From NCBI RefSeq assembly GCF_009914755.1, contig NC_060941.1: a DNA stretch of 64,000 nucleotides; one strand, written 5' to 3'. Source of the DNA: the human T2T-CHM13v2.0 reference genome, Homo sapiens. Below, one piece after another: positions 1-12,573 of this stretch (position 1 is its first letter; each line of letters opens with the position of its first letter). Made by a program: the position numbers and the translations under genes. The notes beneath the pieces were generated by a model. That model was not told where the DNA came from. It did not search any database and saw only the letters and a program-made list of their open reading frames with translations.

Positions 1-317
1 GTCCGGGTGGTCTGCTCAGGAAGCACTGCCTGGGGCTGGGCCACTCTGCCCGCTCTTCCTGGGAGGAAACATGGGCAGAGGGGCCCATGGTGGGAGGGGA
101 GAGAGTCTCTGGCTGCAGTTGTCCCACCACTCAGAGAAAAGAAGTGGCTGAAGCTGGTCCTGACTAGTGGGAGGCCTGGGAGCAGACACGGTGGCATTTC
201 CATGGAAACACAGGTGTGCAGGCCGTGTGGAGCTGGGGATGTAGGAGTGGCCAGTGCCCGGTGTCCACGGGGTGCGAGCGGGGACCCGCCATCTGGGGAG
301 GCAAACCACAGAGCTGC
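1..317 (-). other. TOM1L2: TOM1L2 3' UTR, proximal part (continues beyond window)
   Basis: Directly follows the TGA stop at 318-320; no minus-strand AATAAA in 1-317. Confidence 0.9.
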
Positions 318-466
318 TCACAGGGCGAAGAGGGCATCCTCTGACCGCTCTGGCTTCTTCCGGCCAGAAGGGTTTGAGGCTGGGGCAGGAGCCTCCATGG
401 GGGGCGAGGGGAGGTCGGGAACCATTTCAGCAGCTTTGGCTCTTTCTTCAAGGAATTTATCAAACT
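318..466 (-). CDS. TOM1L2: TOM1L2 exon 15 coding part (aa 459-507, [14 protein letters not shown]...EDALFAL*)
   Basis: Acceptor ttgcAG at 467-468, phase 1; [12 protein letters not shown] and EDALFAL are the TOM1-family C-terminus; TGA at 318-320. Confidence 0.98.
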
Positions 467-1505
467 CTGCAATACAAACCAAGGCAAGGGTCAGGGTTGG
501 TGAGGGCAGGCCACCAGAGGAAGCGCACCCTTCCACTCCCCAGCCCGTTTCCTCCTCTAGGGCAGGCATGAAGCCCACCTAGGAGCAGGTGGGTAGGGAG
601 GGGTTCGTGAGCTGCAGTGTGGGGGGAGGCTCCTGGCTGTGCCCAGTCCTCCTGCCCTGGAGGGAAAGGCTCTGGAAAACACAGCCCAGAGTGCTCACCC
701 TACCGCTGACCATTTTCCAGATCAGCACTGGGTTTTGTCCATTTTCCAGATCAGCACTGGGGGTGGGGCAGGGTAAGCTGGAGGGGCCAGCTTCTGATTA
801 AACAGGCAGGAACCATCCCACCTACCCCACCCTTGCCCACCAATGGAGGACTGAGGAGATGCTGAGGAATGCAGTGGGGAGGGGGGAGTGCCCCATTTCT
901 ATGGGCACTGAGAGCTAGGGAGCAGGGTCCTCTGAAGTTTCCCTCCCTGCGGAGCGGTCTGGCCACAGGGTCTGGCAGACCTGGGGAGAGGAGGACAGGA
1001 GCACGGAGAGGCAGATGGAGTGGGGCAAGATGAGCTTGGGGAGGCAGGATGTGAAGGGCAGGGGATGTGGGGGTGGCCATGTGGGAGAACTAAGACCCCG
1101 CTGCTCCCATCCAGCCCATCAGCTGAGGCCCAGGAGAGGCTCCTCCCTTCTGGCTCAGTGGCCCAAGGGTGCTGCTGCGCACCTCCACAAACTGCGTGTC
1201 TGAGCTGGGCTGAGCACCTGTGGGTCAGGACCAGGTGGCAATCTGCACCCGCTATTCACCAGCTCTGCAACTTTGTGGAATTGACATGTTCTTTCTGACC
1301 TGTTTCCCAATAAGCGAGATAAATCACACTTCCCAAATCAGCGTAAGACCTGGGTGGGACAAAGCCACCCGTGAAGCCCATGGCTCAGGGCCTGGCACCA
1401 GTAGGTGCTCTGGCAGCGGGGGCTCCAAGATGATGGGGGCTGGCTCCTGTGCAGCCTGCACAGAGGCAACAAAAGGGGGCTGTAAGGCCACTGGCCAGGC
1501 CATAC

Positions 1506-1542
1506 CTTCACTTGTGACACCCTCCTCCAGATCATCACCCTT
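1506..1542 (-). CDS. TOM1L2: TOM1L2 exon 14 (37 nt, KGDDLEEGVTSE)
   Basis: cacAG acceptor, GTATGG donor, phase 0-1 joins exon 15. Confidence 0.97.
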
Positions 1543-3575
1543 CTGTGGGAGGAGCAGAGAAAGTGAAATTAGGGCACTGGTCCAAGCACTGCCCGCCCAG
1601 CCACCTCTGTCTGCCCATGGCCACCCTAGGACAGCACTGCCCAGGGTAGCCTGAACAAAACTTCCTAATTTTCCCTGTTTCCAGATTTCTGTAATAGTAA
1701 TATACTGCTCTTCTTATTGGAGAAACAGAAGCTTTGTTTTTAAAAAACAAAAGCAAAAAATTCAAACATGTTTTAGGTTTTGATCCTCCAGAAAGGCTGG
1801 AAAGAAAACTCCAAAAACGGTGCAGGCTGGTTCTCCAGCCTGGGCTGCAGAGGGCGGGACCCCACCTTTGGCACTCTTGAGGCTCTAGGGAGAGGCACAG
1901 AGCAGTAGCCACAGGGGGCTGAGCCTGAGCACACACAGGGTCACGTGTGCCCAACACAACACCCACTCACTGCCAGCCACAGGGTTTCTGGGAAGACGCT
2001 GTTGACACCAATAGCTGGAAACCGCATGAGGCCTTGATGGCTCAGGGCCACAAAGCCCACAGCACAGGGCCTGTCACTCAGTAGGTACTTTGGGAGTGGA
2101 GGCTGTGCCTCCAGAAGCCATGTCCTGCAGCCTCCTGGGAGCTGCACCAGCCTCCTCCCGTGGCCCAGATTATATTACCTGCTGCTGGCTCCTCAAGGAG
2201 CCATGGAGGCTCTGTGCACTCAAAAATTAAAGTGCATCAGACTTGATTTTGTTTGGAGAACATGGTAGTGTCTTGAGCTCATGGGGTTCCCTGGGGACTG
2301 GGGAAGAGCAGCATGTGCAGGGCCTCATTGGGAAGGGGCAGGATGGGGAAGTGACAAAGCCCTGGGCTGGGCTAGGAGACCTGGGTTCCTTCCTGACTCT
2401 ACCACTGACCTGCTATGTAGCCTTACTGGACACATCCCCTCCCTGTCTGGACCCTGGGGTCCCCCTTAGAAGTTAAGGACCTTGGTCCTTCCTGCCTTGC
2501 TTCTGTGAGAGAAGCAATTTCTTTTCGAGACAGCCCCTTGGGAAAGATGTCCCGGGGTGTGTTCTTCCTCCCTGACACCCAGGCAGCTGCCTTCTTTGGC
2601 AAGGCATGTGTTTGGAAAGCTGACCTTCTGGGGAGGAGGCCCAGAGCAGCCAGAGGCCCCAACCTGAGGCCTGCTGTCCTGGTGTGGGAGGTAGCCAGGT
2701 CACCAGCCCACAGACAGCCAGGCTGACCCTGTGGTTAAAGAACTCAACAGGCTCTTCTGCCTGGGGACAAGGCCCCCTACAGAGGAGGCACCTAGGAGGG
2801 AGATGAGGTGTCTCCAGCTCTGGGGGAGAATCCAACTACCCCATGACTCTGGGCAAGCCACTTCCCAGAGTGCACTTCTTCATCCGCCACCCTGGCCCCC
2901 TACTGGGCTGCTGAGAGTGAAAGTGCTTTGTAAAGAACAGAGGGAGGGGCCAGCAGTTATCACATGCAGCCACTGCAGCTCTCCTTTCTTGGGACCTGTT
3001 GCCATTTTCAGATGCATAGTATCCTCATCTTCTAGCCCTATCTCTGAGGATGGAGACAATGGGTCTTTGGGGCAGGGGTTCTTTTACATCAAAAATCAGG
3101 AAGGGAGGAGGGGGATGACAGCCAATTAAAAACAAAAGCACTGTGTGTATACTTCACAATTAAAAAAAAAAGAAATGAAAACAAAACAAAACAAAACAAA
3201 AAACATGCTCCCCCAACACTCCCTCCCCCAAAAAACCAAAGCACGGCACATACATCTGAAATGGAAAAGATACTGGGGGGAAGGCAAGTGTGTGTTTTGG
3301 AGCCAGCTACGGCTAGGACTGTGTGGGTGAAGGAGGCTGTGCCCAAGGCCTTGCCCCCAGCACAGTTGGCCTCCGCAGGCCGGGAGGCCACTGCAGCACC
3401 CACAGCTATGGGCTGATGTCGGGGAGGAGGGGCAGCTATGGAGCTTGCCCAGACCTCCCTTCTCCACTGACCCAGACAGGGGTGGAGCCCCTGCTGATGC
3501 TCCCCCAAGGCCTGTCCTCAGAAGAGCCTCTGCCGCTCCACACCCCACAGATGAAATAGAAAAGTCGAGTCTCAC

Positions 3576-3635
3576 CAGGTCGGTCCTGAGCCACACCTCA
3601 ATGTCGTCCATGACAGATGGCTGCGCAACGGGGAT
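3576..3635 (-). CDS. TOM1L2: TOM1L2 exon 13 (60 nt, IPVAQPSVMDDIEVWLRTDL; myosin VI-binding IEVWL motif), symmetric phase 0-0
   Basis: catAG acceptor, GTGAGA donor; IEVWL corresponds to TOM1 IEQWL. Confidence 0.96.
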
Positions 3636-5267
3636 CTATGGAGGCGGCAAGCAGCGGGCCAGGCAGCCCCCACACAGCCAGCGAGGGGAGACAGAACACC
3701 GGAACAAAGGAAATCATCAACAGCAACCCCAAATAAAACCAAAATGTACACAGAGCAAAAAAACACAATTGGCACAGCACACAGGGGCAACACAGGGCAG
3801 CCACGTGTGAGATGGCAGGTGAGGAAAGCAATGAGGTGCAAATGATAAGAAGCAGGCTCCCGGCAGGGCCGGCGGTAAGGAAGGTGGCTGTACGCGTTCT
3901 TGAAATGGAGAACTTTTTGACTATGAGTGTCCACTCTCACATTGCGGGGCCTCTCAGCCCGGGGCTGCAAAACACCTTCTAACTTCAGGAAGGCGCTGCC
4001 ACGCAGGCTGATTTTGAACTCAGCCACTATGACAGTCCGCTGTCAAGCCCAACCCAGGGAAGGCCAAGTGACAGCCTGCCCAGAGCGGGGTACAGGTGCT
4101 CAGAGGGCAGGGCAGCACCAGCCCCGGGGGGATGCAGGGGGTCTGTTTGCTCCGCTGAAGAGATTTTGAAATGCGTCCTGGTGCATTTCTGAGTGGAGAG
4201 GGGAACTGGAGGAGGTGCGTGCTCCGCTGGGCTGGGTGTGGCCTGGTAGACAGAGGCAGGCACATTTTACCATCAACAGAAACACAGCAAAAACGAGGGC
4301 TCTGATGACAAAGGGGACTATGGGGCTTTAGTCTTCTTTGTGTCTCTTTAGGGGAAATTCATGAAGCAGCCCTGAAAGCAACAGCTCCCTTTAGTCTCGT
4401 CCTTTCTTCCCTGTGTTCAATGGCTGGCTGTGCTTCAGGAGTCAAAGAAACCAAGTTCAGCTGAGCACTGGGGCGCAGCAGCCAGAGCCAGGGAGGTGAC
4501 AGCTTCCAGGCATACTAAGGTGTACCACGGGGTTGCCTGAGCAGTCACCTTGCTTGGGCCCCTGTGCCAAGCACCTCAGGGACAGAGACTCTGAAAAATG
4601 CACATGGCTAAAAAGGTTTAAGTTGCCATCAAATATGACATGATAAGAAGCTCCCTAGAAGCCATGTTAATGGAATGTTGGCTCCCAGCCTAGAGAAATG
4701 AGGTGATGACCCTTAATCACCTCCTCACCTACCCTGGCTCTGGGAGGTACCCTTCCGGGGCTCACTTGCAAGACCCCTATTTCTATTACAAAAATGCCAG
4801 CTCTGTCTATAGCTGGCTTCACCCAATGCCATGATCTAGGGTAAGACTAAAGTAAAAATAAGCAGTAAAAGGAATGCATACCCCAGTGTCTATCAAATGT
4901 AAAAAATAACACGACCTTCACAAAGAAAAAGAACAAAGAACACATATCACCAGCAGTGATGTGACAACTCCAGTCCTGGGGGTTGACACCTGCTGCTGAT
5001 GGTGGGGGAGGGTGGTTTGGGGTCCCAGGTAGAGTCCAGCACTCTGAGCAGGTATCTACGATGCCACCAGAGCTCTTCACTCCCTCAGTGAGCTCAGCTG
5101 GCCCCTTGCTCTGAGGAATGTGCTCTGTGTCCTAACTTCGGACCCAATGTGGGAAGCCCACAAGAGCACTTTCAGAAAGGCCCAAGCCAGTCACTGATCA
5201 GATTAGGAAGAGTCTGTGTTGCTCATTATTTCTTTGACTTACTGGGGAGTTAAGAATGTTGAATTGA

Positions 5268-5699
<432 letters not shown>

Positions 5700-7167
5700 C
5701 TAAGGCTGGCACTTCCTTGCCCTTGCCCATCAAAAGGCAGTAGGGTACACTGCTACTCTGTGCTTGCTGGCAGGCCTTCTGCCTTGAGACATTCCTGGAA
5801 CAGGACACACCAGTTATCATGCTCTCAATGACTGTAAGTCAGAATGTGTGGCCTCTGGGAGGACGCATGCCATGCTGAGTCCCCAAAACTGAAGCTTAGA
5901 AAGTCAGCAGCATCTCCAGAGAGAAAATAGTCCCACACTAGCGGTTAGAGTGTGCACCAGCCCTTTCTTTACACCTGACCAGCTTTTGTCCACTTAGCAG
6001 AAACAGACTAGATGTCCTGAGCTTTCCAATGTGTTGCAAAAGCTACAACAAAGACATTAAGGGGTCAGGGGCCTTAAACCTTCAGATTTTTCTTGTAATT
6101 GTTTTGTTGCTGCTAAAGAACAAATCCCTTGAGGCCTGGGGTCATACTTTAATTTTCTTCTTTGGGGATAAATCTTGAGAGCCAACATGCTCAGAAAATA
6201 AACAATGACACTTAAGAAATTCCTCACCTCCTCAAAAATAACTTCCCAAAAGCTGGCTCATGGGAACCCTTTTCTTCCATGTCCTAGATTTTTCCAAATA
6301 AGTAGTATGTTTATGGAATGGCATCCTCCAGACCAAGCCCTAGAGGGCACGCTGAGGAGAGTGCACTGGGTGGGGTCCATCTGGGCCCTCACACTCACTG
6401 GTGGCAGGACCTGGGGTGAGTCGCTCCTCTCTGGACCCCACTTTCTTCACCGGAGAGCTCCTGAGTTTCTTCTATCCTAAGAAGCCTTAGAGATTTGGGT
6501 GGAGAGGCAGGAGCAGGGGACAGAGGCCTGAGCAATGCTTGGCCTCAATTTCCTCATCTGTGAAATAAGGCGATTGCTAGATTGTATTTGGCTTTCAATT
6601 CTTATGACTCAGAAACCTTAACTTTCAGGTTGGTGCTTCTGTTTTCTAATTCAGAAACCCAGGGATGTCAGAAATTATGGAAACTGACTCATTACAATAT
6701 AGAAGCCACTTGGCCTCAGGGCGTGAACCATGGTGGAGCAGGGTGATGGTTAACAGTTAAGCTTATATAACGTAAGCTTAAATTGACTTTCTTGTGGCCA
6801 GACACAAAACCTTAGCTATCTAAACCTCTTGTCCTGGTAAATAAATGCCTTGAGTATTATAACAGGGCAAAGTTCCTTCTAATAATGTAGGTGCTATCAG
6901 ACTCAGACTAAACATGTACACTGCTTGGAAAATATGAACCAAAGAAACTGTGGGAGGCCGAGGACGCGCTCCTTGTCAGGCTGATGGGAGGGAAGTGGGG
7001 CCCTGGTTGGAGCAGGGGGCACTGCGCTGAGTCTTAGGGGACTCTGTTTCTTCCCTGCAGCTTTGGGCAAGACACCAGGCCCTTAGGAGGCCTCGGTATC
7101 CTCATCTGTCAGACTAGGGGCTGGCCCAGCAGATTCCTAAGAAGGCTGTTGGCTCTGATGTGTCATA

Positions 7168-7518
<351 letters not shown>

Positions 7519-8534
7519 GACATGCCATAGTTTCAGCATTTTCTTGGGCAATGATCCAAGCTGAAGGCTGGTCTGAGGGATCTGAAGAAGCGTATGAGTT
7601 GGAAGAGAGGGACAGAAAGGAAGAAGACATGTGAAGAGAGAAAAGGAAGGAAGCTAGCAGAGGAATGCCCTCCAATAGAGACTGCTGCCTGAAGCTCAGC
7701 CCCTCTGAAGATAGGTAGGCCAGGCTGGCTTGGCTGAGGCAGTGGTTAGACCAGCCCTGCCCATTTTCAAAGTCCACAGACATCTTGGATGTCAGAAGCC
7801 ACAGGTTTTGATCTGAGTGGCAGGTGAGCCATCCTGCTGTCAGCTGATTCTCACTTGGAACTGCAGGCAGGGGCAGCTCTGCCTCAGGGATCAGGAGGGA
7901 GGGTTGCCTGCCCAAGGGGGAGAGGCATGTCTGTCTGGTACTCCAGGGGTTAGGATTATCCTTCCAGAGTAAGAGCCTTGGGGGCCTCCAGGTCTGAGGA
8001 GGGAGTCCCGCCCTCCAAACCCAAGCCTGGGTTTTGGCAGCAGCATTCTTTACTAACCTACCTCTGTTCTTGTTTTGACTTAGATTCTCTCACATGAGGA
8101 TATTTTCCTGGCTGCACCCTGCAAAAGGGAGACACCCCTAGCTGATCACCAGCCAAGAGAGGCAAAAAGACCTCACACTAGAGAGGCCAGGGAGGGAGAG
8201 CACAAGCCTAGCAGTCTCCCTGAGAGCCGCCCGGCCCTAGCCCATTGACAAGTCTCATTTCTCTTCAACCAGTAATAAGCCTGGTGGTGTCAGTTAACTT
8301 CTGTGTTGGCTATCCACACACCTGAGTCCCAGGAGCATAAGGGTTCCAACAGATGCTCCTCTGCAGCTTCCCACAGCCCCATGCCCACAAGGAAACCCAC
8401 CTGTCCAGTTTTCAATGTAACAAGAACAATTTCTGTAGCTCAGGTGTACTATTTCCAGAGAAGCTGTGAATCCCTTCCTATGTCACTTCAAGCACCACCC
8501 CACTGGGACCAAGTCTAAAAGCCTTTGATCTCAC

Positions 8535-8605
8535 TCAATAGTACAAAAAGTTTCCAAGTAAAGAATTTGTACTCAGGAGGCTTGAAAAGACTCAAGGTTT
8601 CTACA
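8535..8605 (-). other. Candidate stop-containing (poison or alternative terminal) exon in intron 12, reading CRNLESFQAS* in phase 0
   Basis: CTGAC x2 and CTAAC x4 upstream, long U tract, catAG acceptor at 8606-8607, possible GA|GTGAGA donor at 8529-8534. Confidence 0.4.
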
Positions 8606-9570
8606 CTATGGGAAATAAGGCAAAGCAATTAATATTTGTTGTAAAGAAAAAAAAAAAAACAAACTGCAGTCAGTCAGGCAAGACACCAGGTTAGCTGTTA
8701 GTTAGGTTTGTTTCTGGGAAGTTAGAGACTGGAGCTCTACGTGGGACCTGGCAGTGGCGAGGCAGTCTGTGTGGGCAGAGACAGGCACCACCACCAGCTG
8801 CCAAGGCCACCCTCAGGGGAGTTTGTGTGGGCAGTATCCTTTTTTGCAGGATTAATAGGCACAAGGGCATGTGGGCTGGATCTTCCCAATGAATGGACAT
8901 GGTTTCCAGAAGCCCTGCTGCAAAGGCCCCTGACATGTGGGCCAGAGGCCAGCCTGTCCCTGAAGAAGCAAATGAGAGGCCTGGGCCAGCACATCTCTCT
9001 AAGAATGGGCTTGGGGTCTAGTGGAGGAACTGCCTTCTCACGCAGAGCAGCAGTATGCTGCTACTATGAGAGGTGGCAGGAGACCTGCCCAGGCTGACAG
9101 CAGAGCTGTGCAGAGGGCACCAGCCCAAGCTGGGTGGCAGGCAGATGCCCCTTGCTCCCACGGCTCTGGGTGATCCTGCATGGCCCAAGTTCCTACTCAC
9201 TGGTCACGCTTTGCTCAAGCAGGTGGACCCTGTGCTGCTTGCAGTCTAGGACCTGCTGGCCTTTCCTCTGGCCACAGCCTAGCATAGCACACTATGGGCA
9301 GTTATGTATTCCTCTCACCCCACCCCACCTGGAGGGAGAGGCACATGTTTGCACTGCTTTCATCATCTTTCCTTCTCTGCATTCTCTCCAGCTCAGGCTC
9401 CATCACATGTACCACAGCTTTGGGCTCTGCTAGAGGTGAAATGGTCATCCCAAGACATACAGCCTGAGATGAGCTGACCCTCTCTCCATGCACCAGGCTC
9501 AGGCCACCTGAACAGACAAGGCAGGAGAGACCCTTGCAGGTCTGTGGGCCAGGAAAGCTCTGCTACATGA

Positions 9571-9936
<366 letters not shown>

Positions 9937-10452
9937 TGTGTATTCTTCAAGAGGTTTCAAATCATTTTGACGGACTTAGTGGATATAAGCAACTATATTA
10001 TAAAAATCTGTCAAGCCTAGGACTGCCAAATTCACAGGCACTGGGCTACAGAGGGCTTCCCTGACTGGTCAGATGCTTTGAGTCTGTTCCCTTAGAATTG
10101 TTCCCTCCCAAGCAAAAGCCACAGTAACTTGTGCTCATCCTGGAAAAGTGAATACTGCTCGGAGCTCCGGAGACAGTAAAAGGAAGGAAAGGACCCTCTC
10201 CTCATCCCTGCTAATGTCCCAGACTCTTAAGGCCTGGGGACAGGGAGGTATTTTTGGGACTGGGAATCTGTGGCTTACAGAGATTATGCAAAAATAGGAG
10301 GGGAAATTTGGCACCCCTGCCAGAAAGAAAGCGTGTGGCCTTGTACTGTCTGATTCACAAAGGCTCGGCAGGTCACAAGAGGAAGACATGAGCTGTTACA
10401 CAGGTAGGGGCTGGGGTGGACAGCAGGCTTGGCTCGGCTGGTGACTCCTCAC

Positions 10453-10539
10453 CATTCCTTGGGTTATAAGCCAGCTGTCTATGGGCTCCAGGTCAGACTC
10501 CCCACCTCTACCTCTCTTCTGGGCCGAGGACAGAAAAGT
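10453..10539 (-). CDS. TOM1L2: Alternative in-frame TOM1L2 cassette exon (87 nt, TFLSSAQKRGRGGESDLEPIDSWLITQGM); 66-nt form if the CAG acceptor at 10519-10520 is used
   Basis: Pyrimidine tract with 71-nt AG-free zone, ATG|GTGAGG donor, phase 0-0, no stop, peptide resembles exon 13. Confidence 0.72.
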
Positions 10540-10691
10540 CTCAGAAAGAAAAGTCACAGCAAGACCCATGAGAAAGAAGTCAATAGCACATATTGTGGAA
10601 ACAGAAAAGTCACTCTTCAGACGTGATCCTTTGCCACGTAAGGAAATGTGATGCCCTGCTCCCAACCTCCACCCCAGCACGTCCCCCTTAC

Positions 10692-10695
10692 CTGC
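10692..10695 (-). other. Candidate 4-nt microexon (GCAG) or recursive splice site
   Basis: tactaaacttttcttcttttttccAG-GCAG-GTAAGG on the minus strand. Confidence 0.5.
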
Positions 10696-10999
10696 CTGGA
10701 AAAAAGAAGAAAAGTTTAGTAACCAAGAATCCCAACAGGATAACACATACTCATGCCAACTACTCCCGTGCCCTTGGAAAATCTCCAGGAGATCACAGAA
10801 GGTTGACCAGAGCCGCTTCTCTCAATTACGGCTATCAGGGTTGGGAGGGGGTCAACTTTTCAAAGAACCAGCTTTTACAAAAGCAATTCTACTTTTTTCT
10901 TTTTCCTACATTTTTTTTTTTTCTCTTTTCTAGTGGCATGTGTATTCTTTTTCTAAACTCTTGAATACTAAATTTAGGTGTATTATTGCCTTTTAAAAT

Positions 11000-11684
<685 letters not shown>

Positions 11685-11759
11685 CTGGGATGACCTTTTC
11701 TTGACTGACTTGGTTGGATTTGATTTGTAGAGGTGCGGCTACACGATTTTCTCCCATTC

Positions 11760-12060
11760 ATTTTATTTTATTTATTTTTGAGACGGAGTTTCACTCTTCT
11801 TGCCCAGGCCCGAGTGCAATGGCATGATGTCGGCTCACTGCAACGTCCGCCTTTGGGTTCAAGCGATTCTCCTACCCCAGCCTCCTGAGTAGCTGGGATT
11901 ACAGGCATGTGCCACCATGCCCAGCTAATTTTGTATTTTTAGTAGAGATGGGGTTTCTCCATGTTGGTCAGGCTGGTCTCGAACTTCCGACCTCACGTGA
12001 TCCGCCCGCCTCGGCCTCCCAAAGTGCTGAGATTACAGGCATGAGCCACTGTGCCCAGCC
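11760..12060 (-). mobile_element. AluS (Sp-like)
   Basis: Alu consensus reverse complement. Confidence 0.94.
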
Positions 12061-12284
12061 TTCCCCTTTTTTATTGTGTTCTTAATTTCTCCCTTGGCCT
12101 CGTTTTCATTTCGAGGTCAGCATGGCTTGGGATGGGACAAGGTAACCTGAAATGCTGCAGGTGGGCAAGAATATGTGTAGACACACACAGACACACACAG
12201 CCCACATGCTCTGCTGCCCTGTATCGCTAAGGCTGTGGCCATGGCATTGCCCCATGGAGCAGCAAACATGAAAAGCAATCTGAT

Positions 12285-12573
12285 GGCCGGGCATGGTGGC
12301 TCACATCTGTAATCCCGGCACTTTGGGAGGCCAAGACGGGCGGAGTGCCTGAGGTCAGGAGTTCGAGACCGACCTGGCCAATATAGTGAAACCCTGTCTC
12401 TAGTAAAAACACAAAAATTAGCCGGCTGTGGTGGTGGGCACCTGTAATACCAGCTACTCAGGAGGCTGAGGCAGGACAATCGCTTGAACCTGGGAGAGGA
12501 AAGCTGCAGTGAGCCAAGATCGCGCCACTGCACCCCAACCTGGGCGCCAGAGCGAGACTCCATCTCAAAAAAA
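12285..12573 (+). mobile_element. AluS with TSD AAAGCAATCTG
   Basis: Alu consensus; flanking direct repeat. Confidence 0.94.

Noticed and set aside
7-582. 191-aa plus-strand ORF
   Set aside because: Antisense shadow of GC-rich exon 15 and the UTR; non-ATG start, no recognisable domain
3126-3575. Long open read-through of exon 13 into intron 13
   Set aside because: The exon 13 donor is good and the peptide is low-complexity, translating simple U-rich repeats; no support without RNA data
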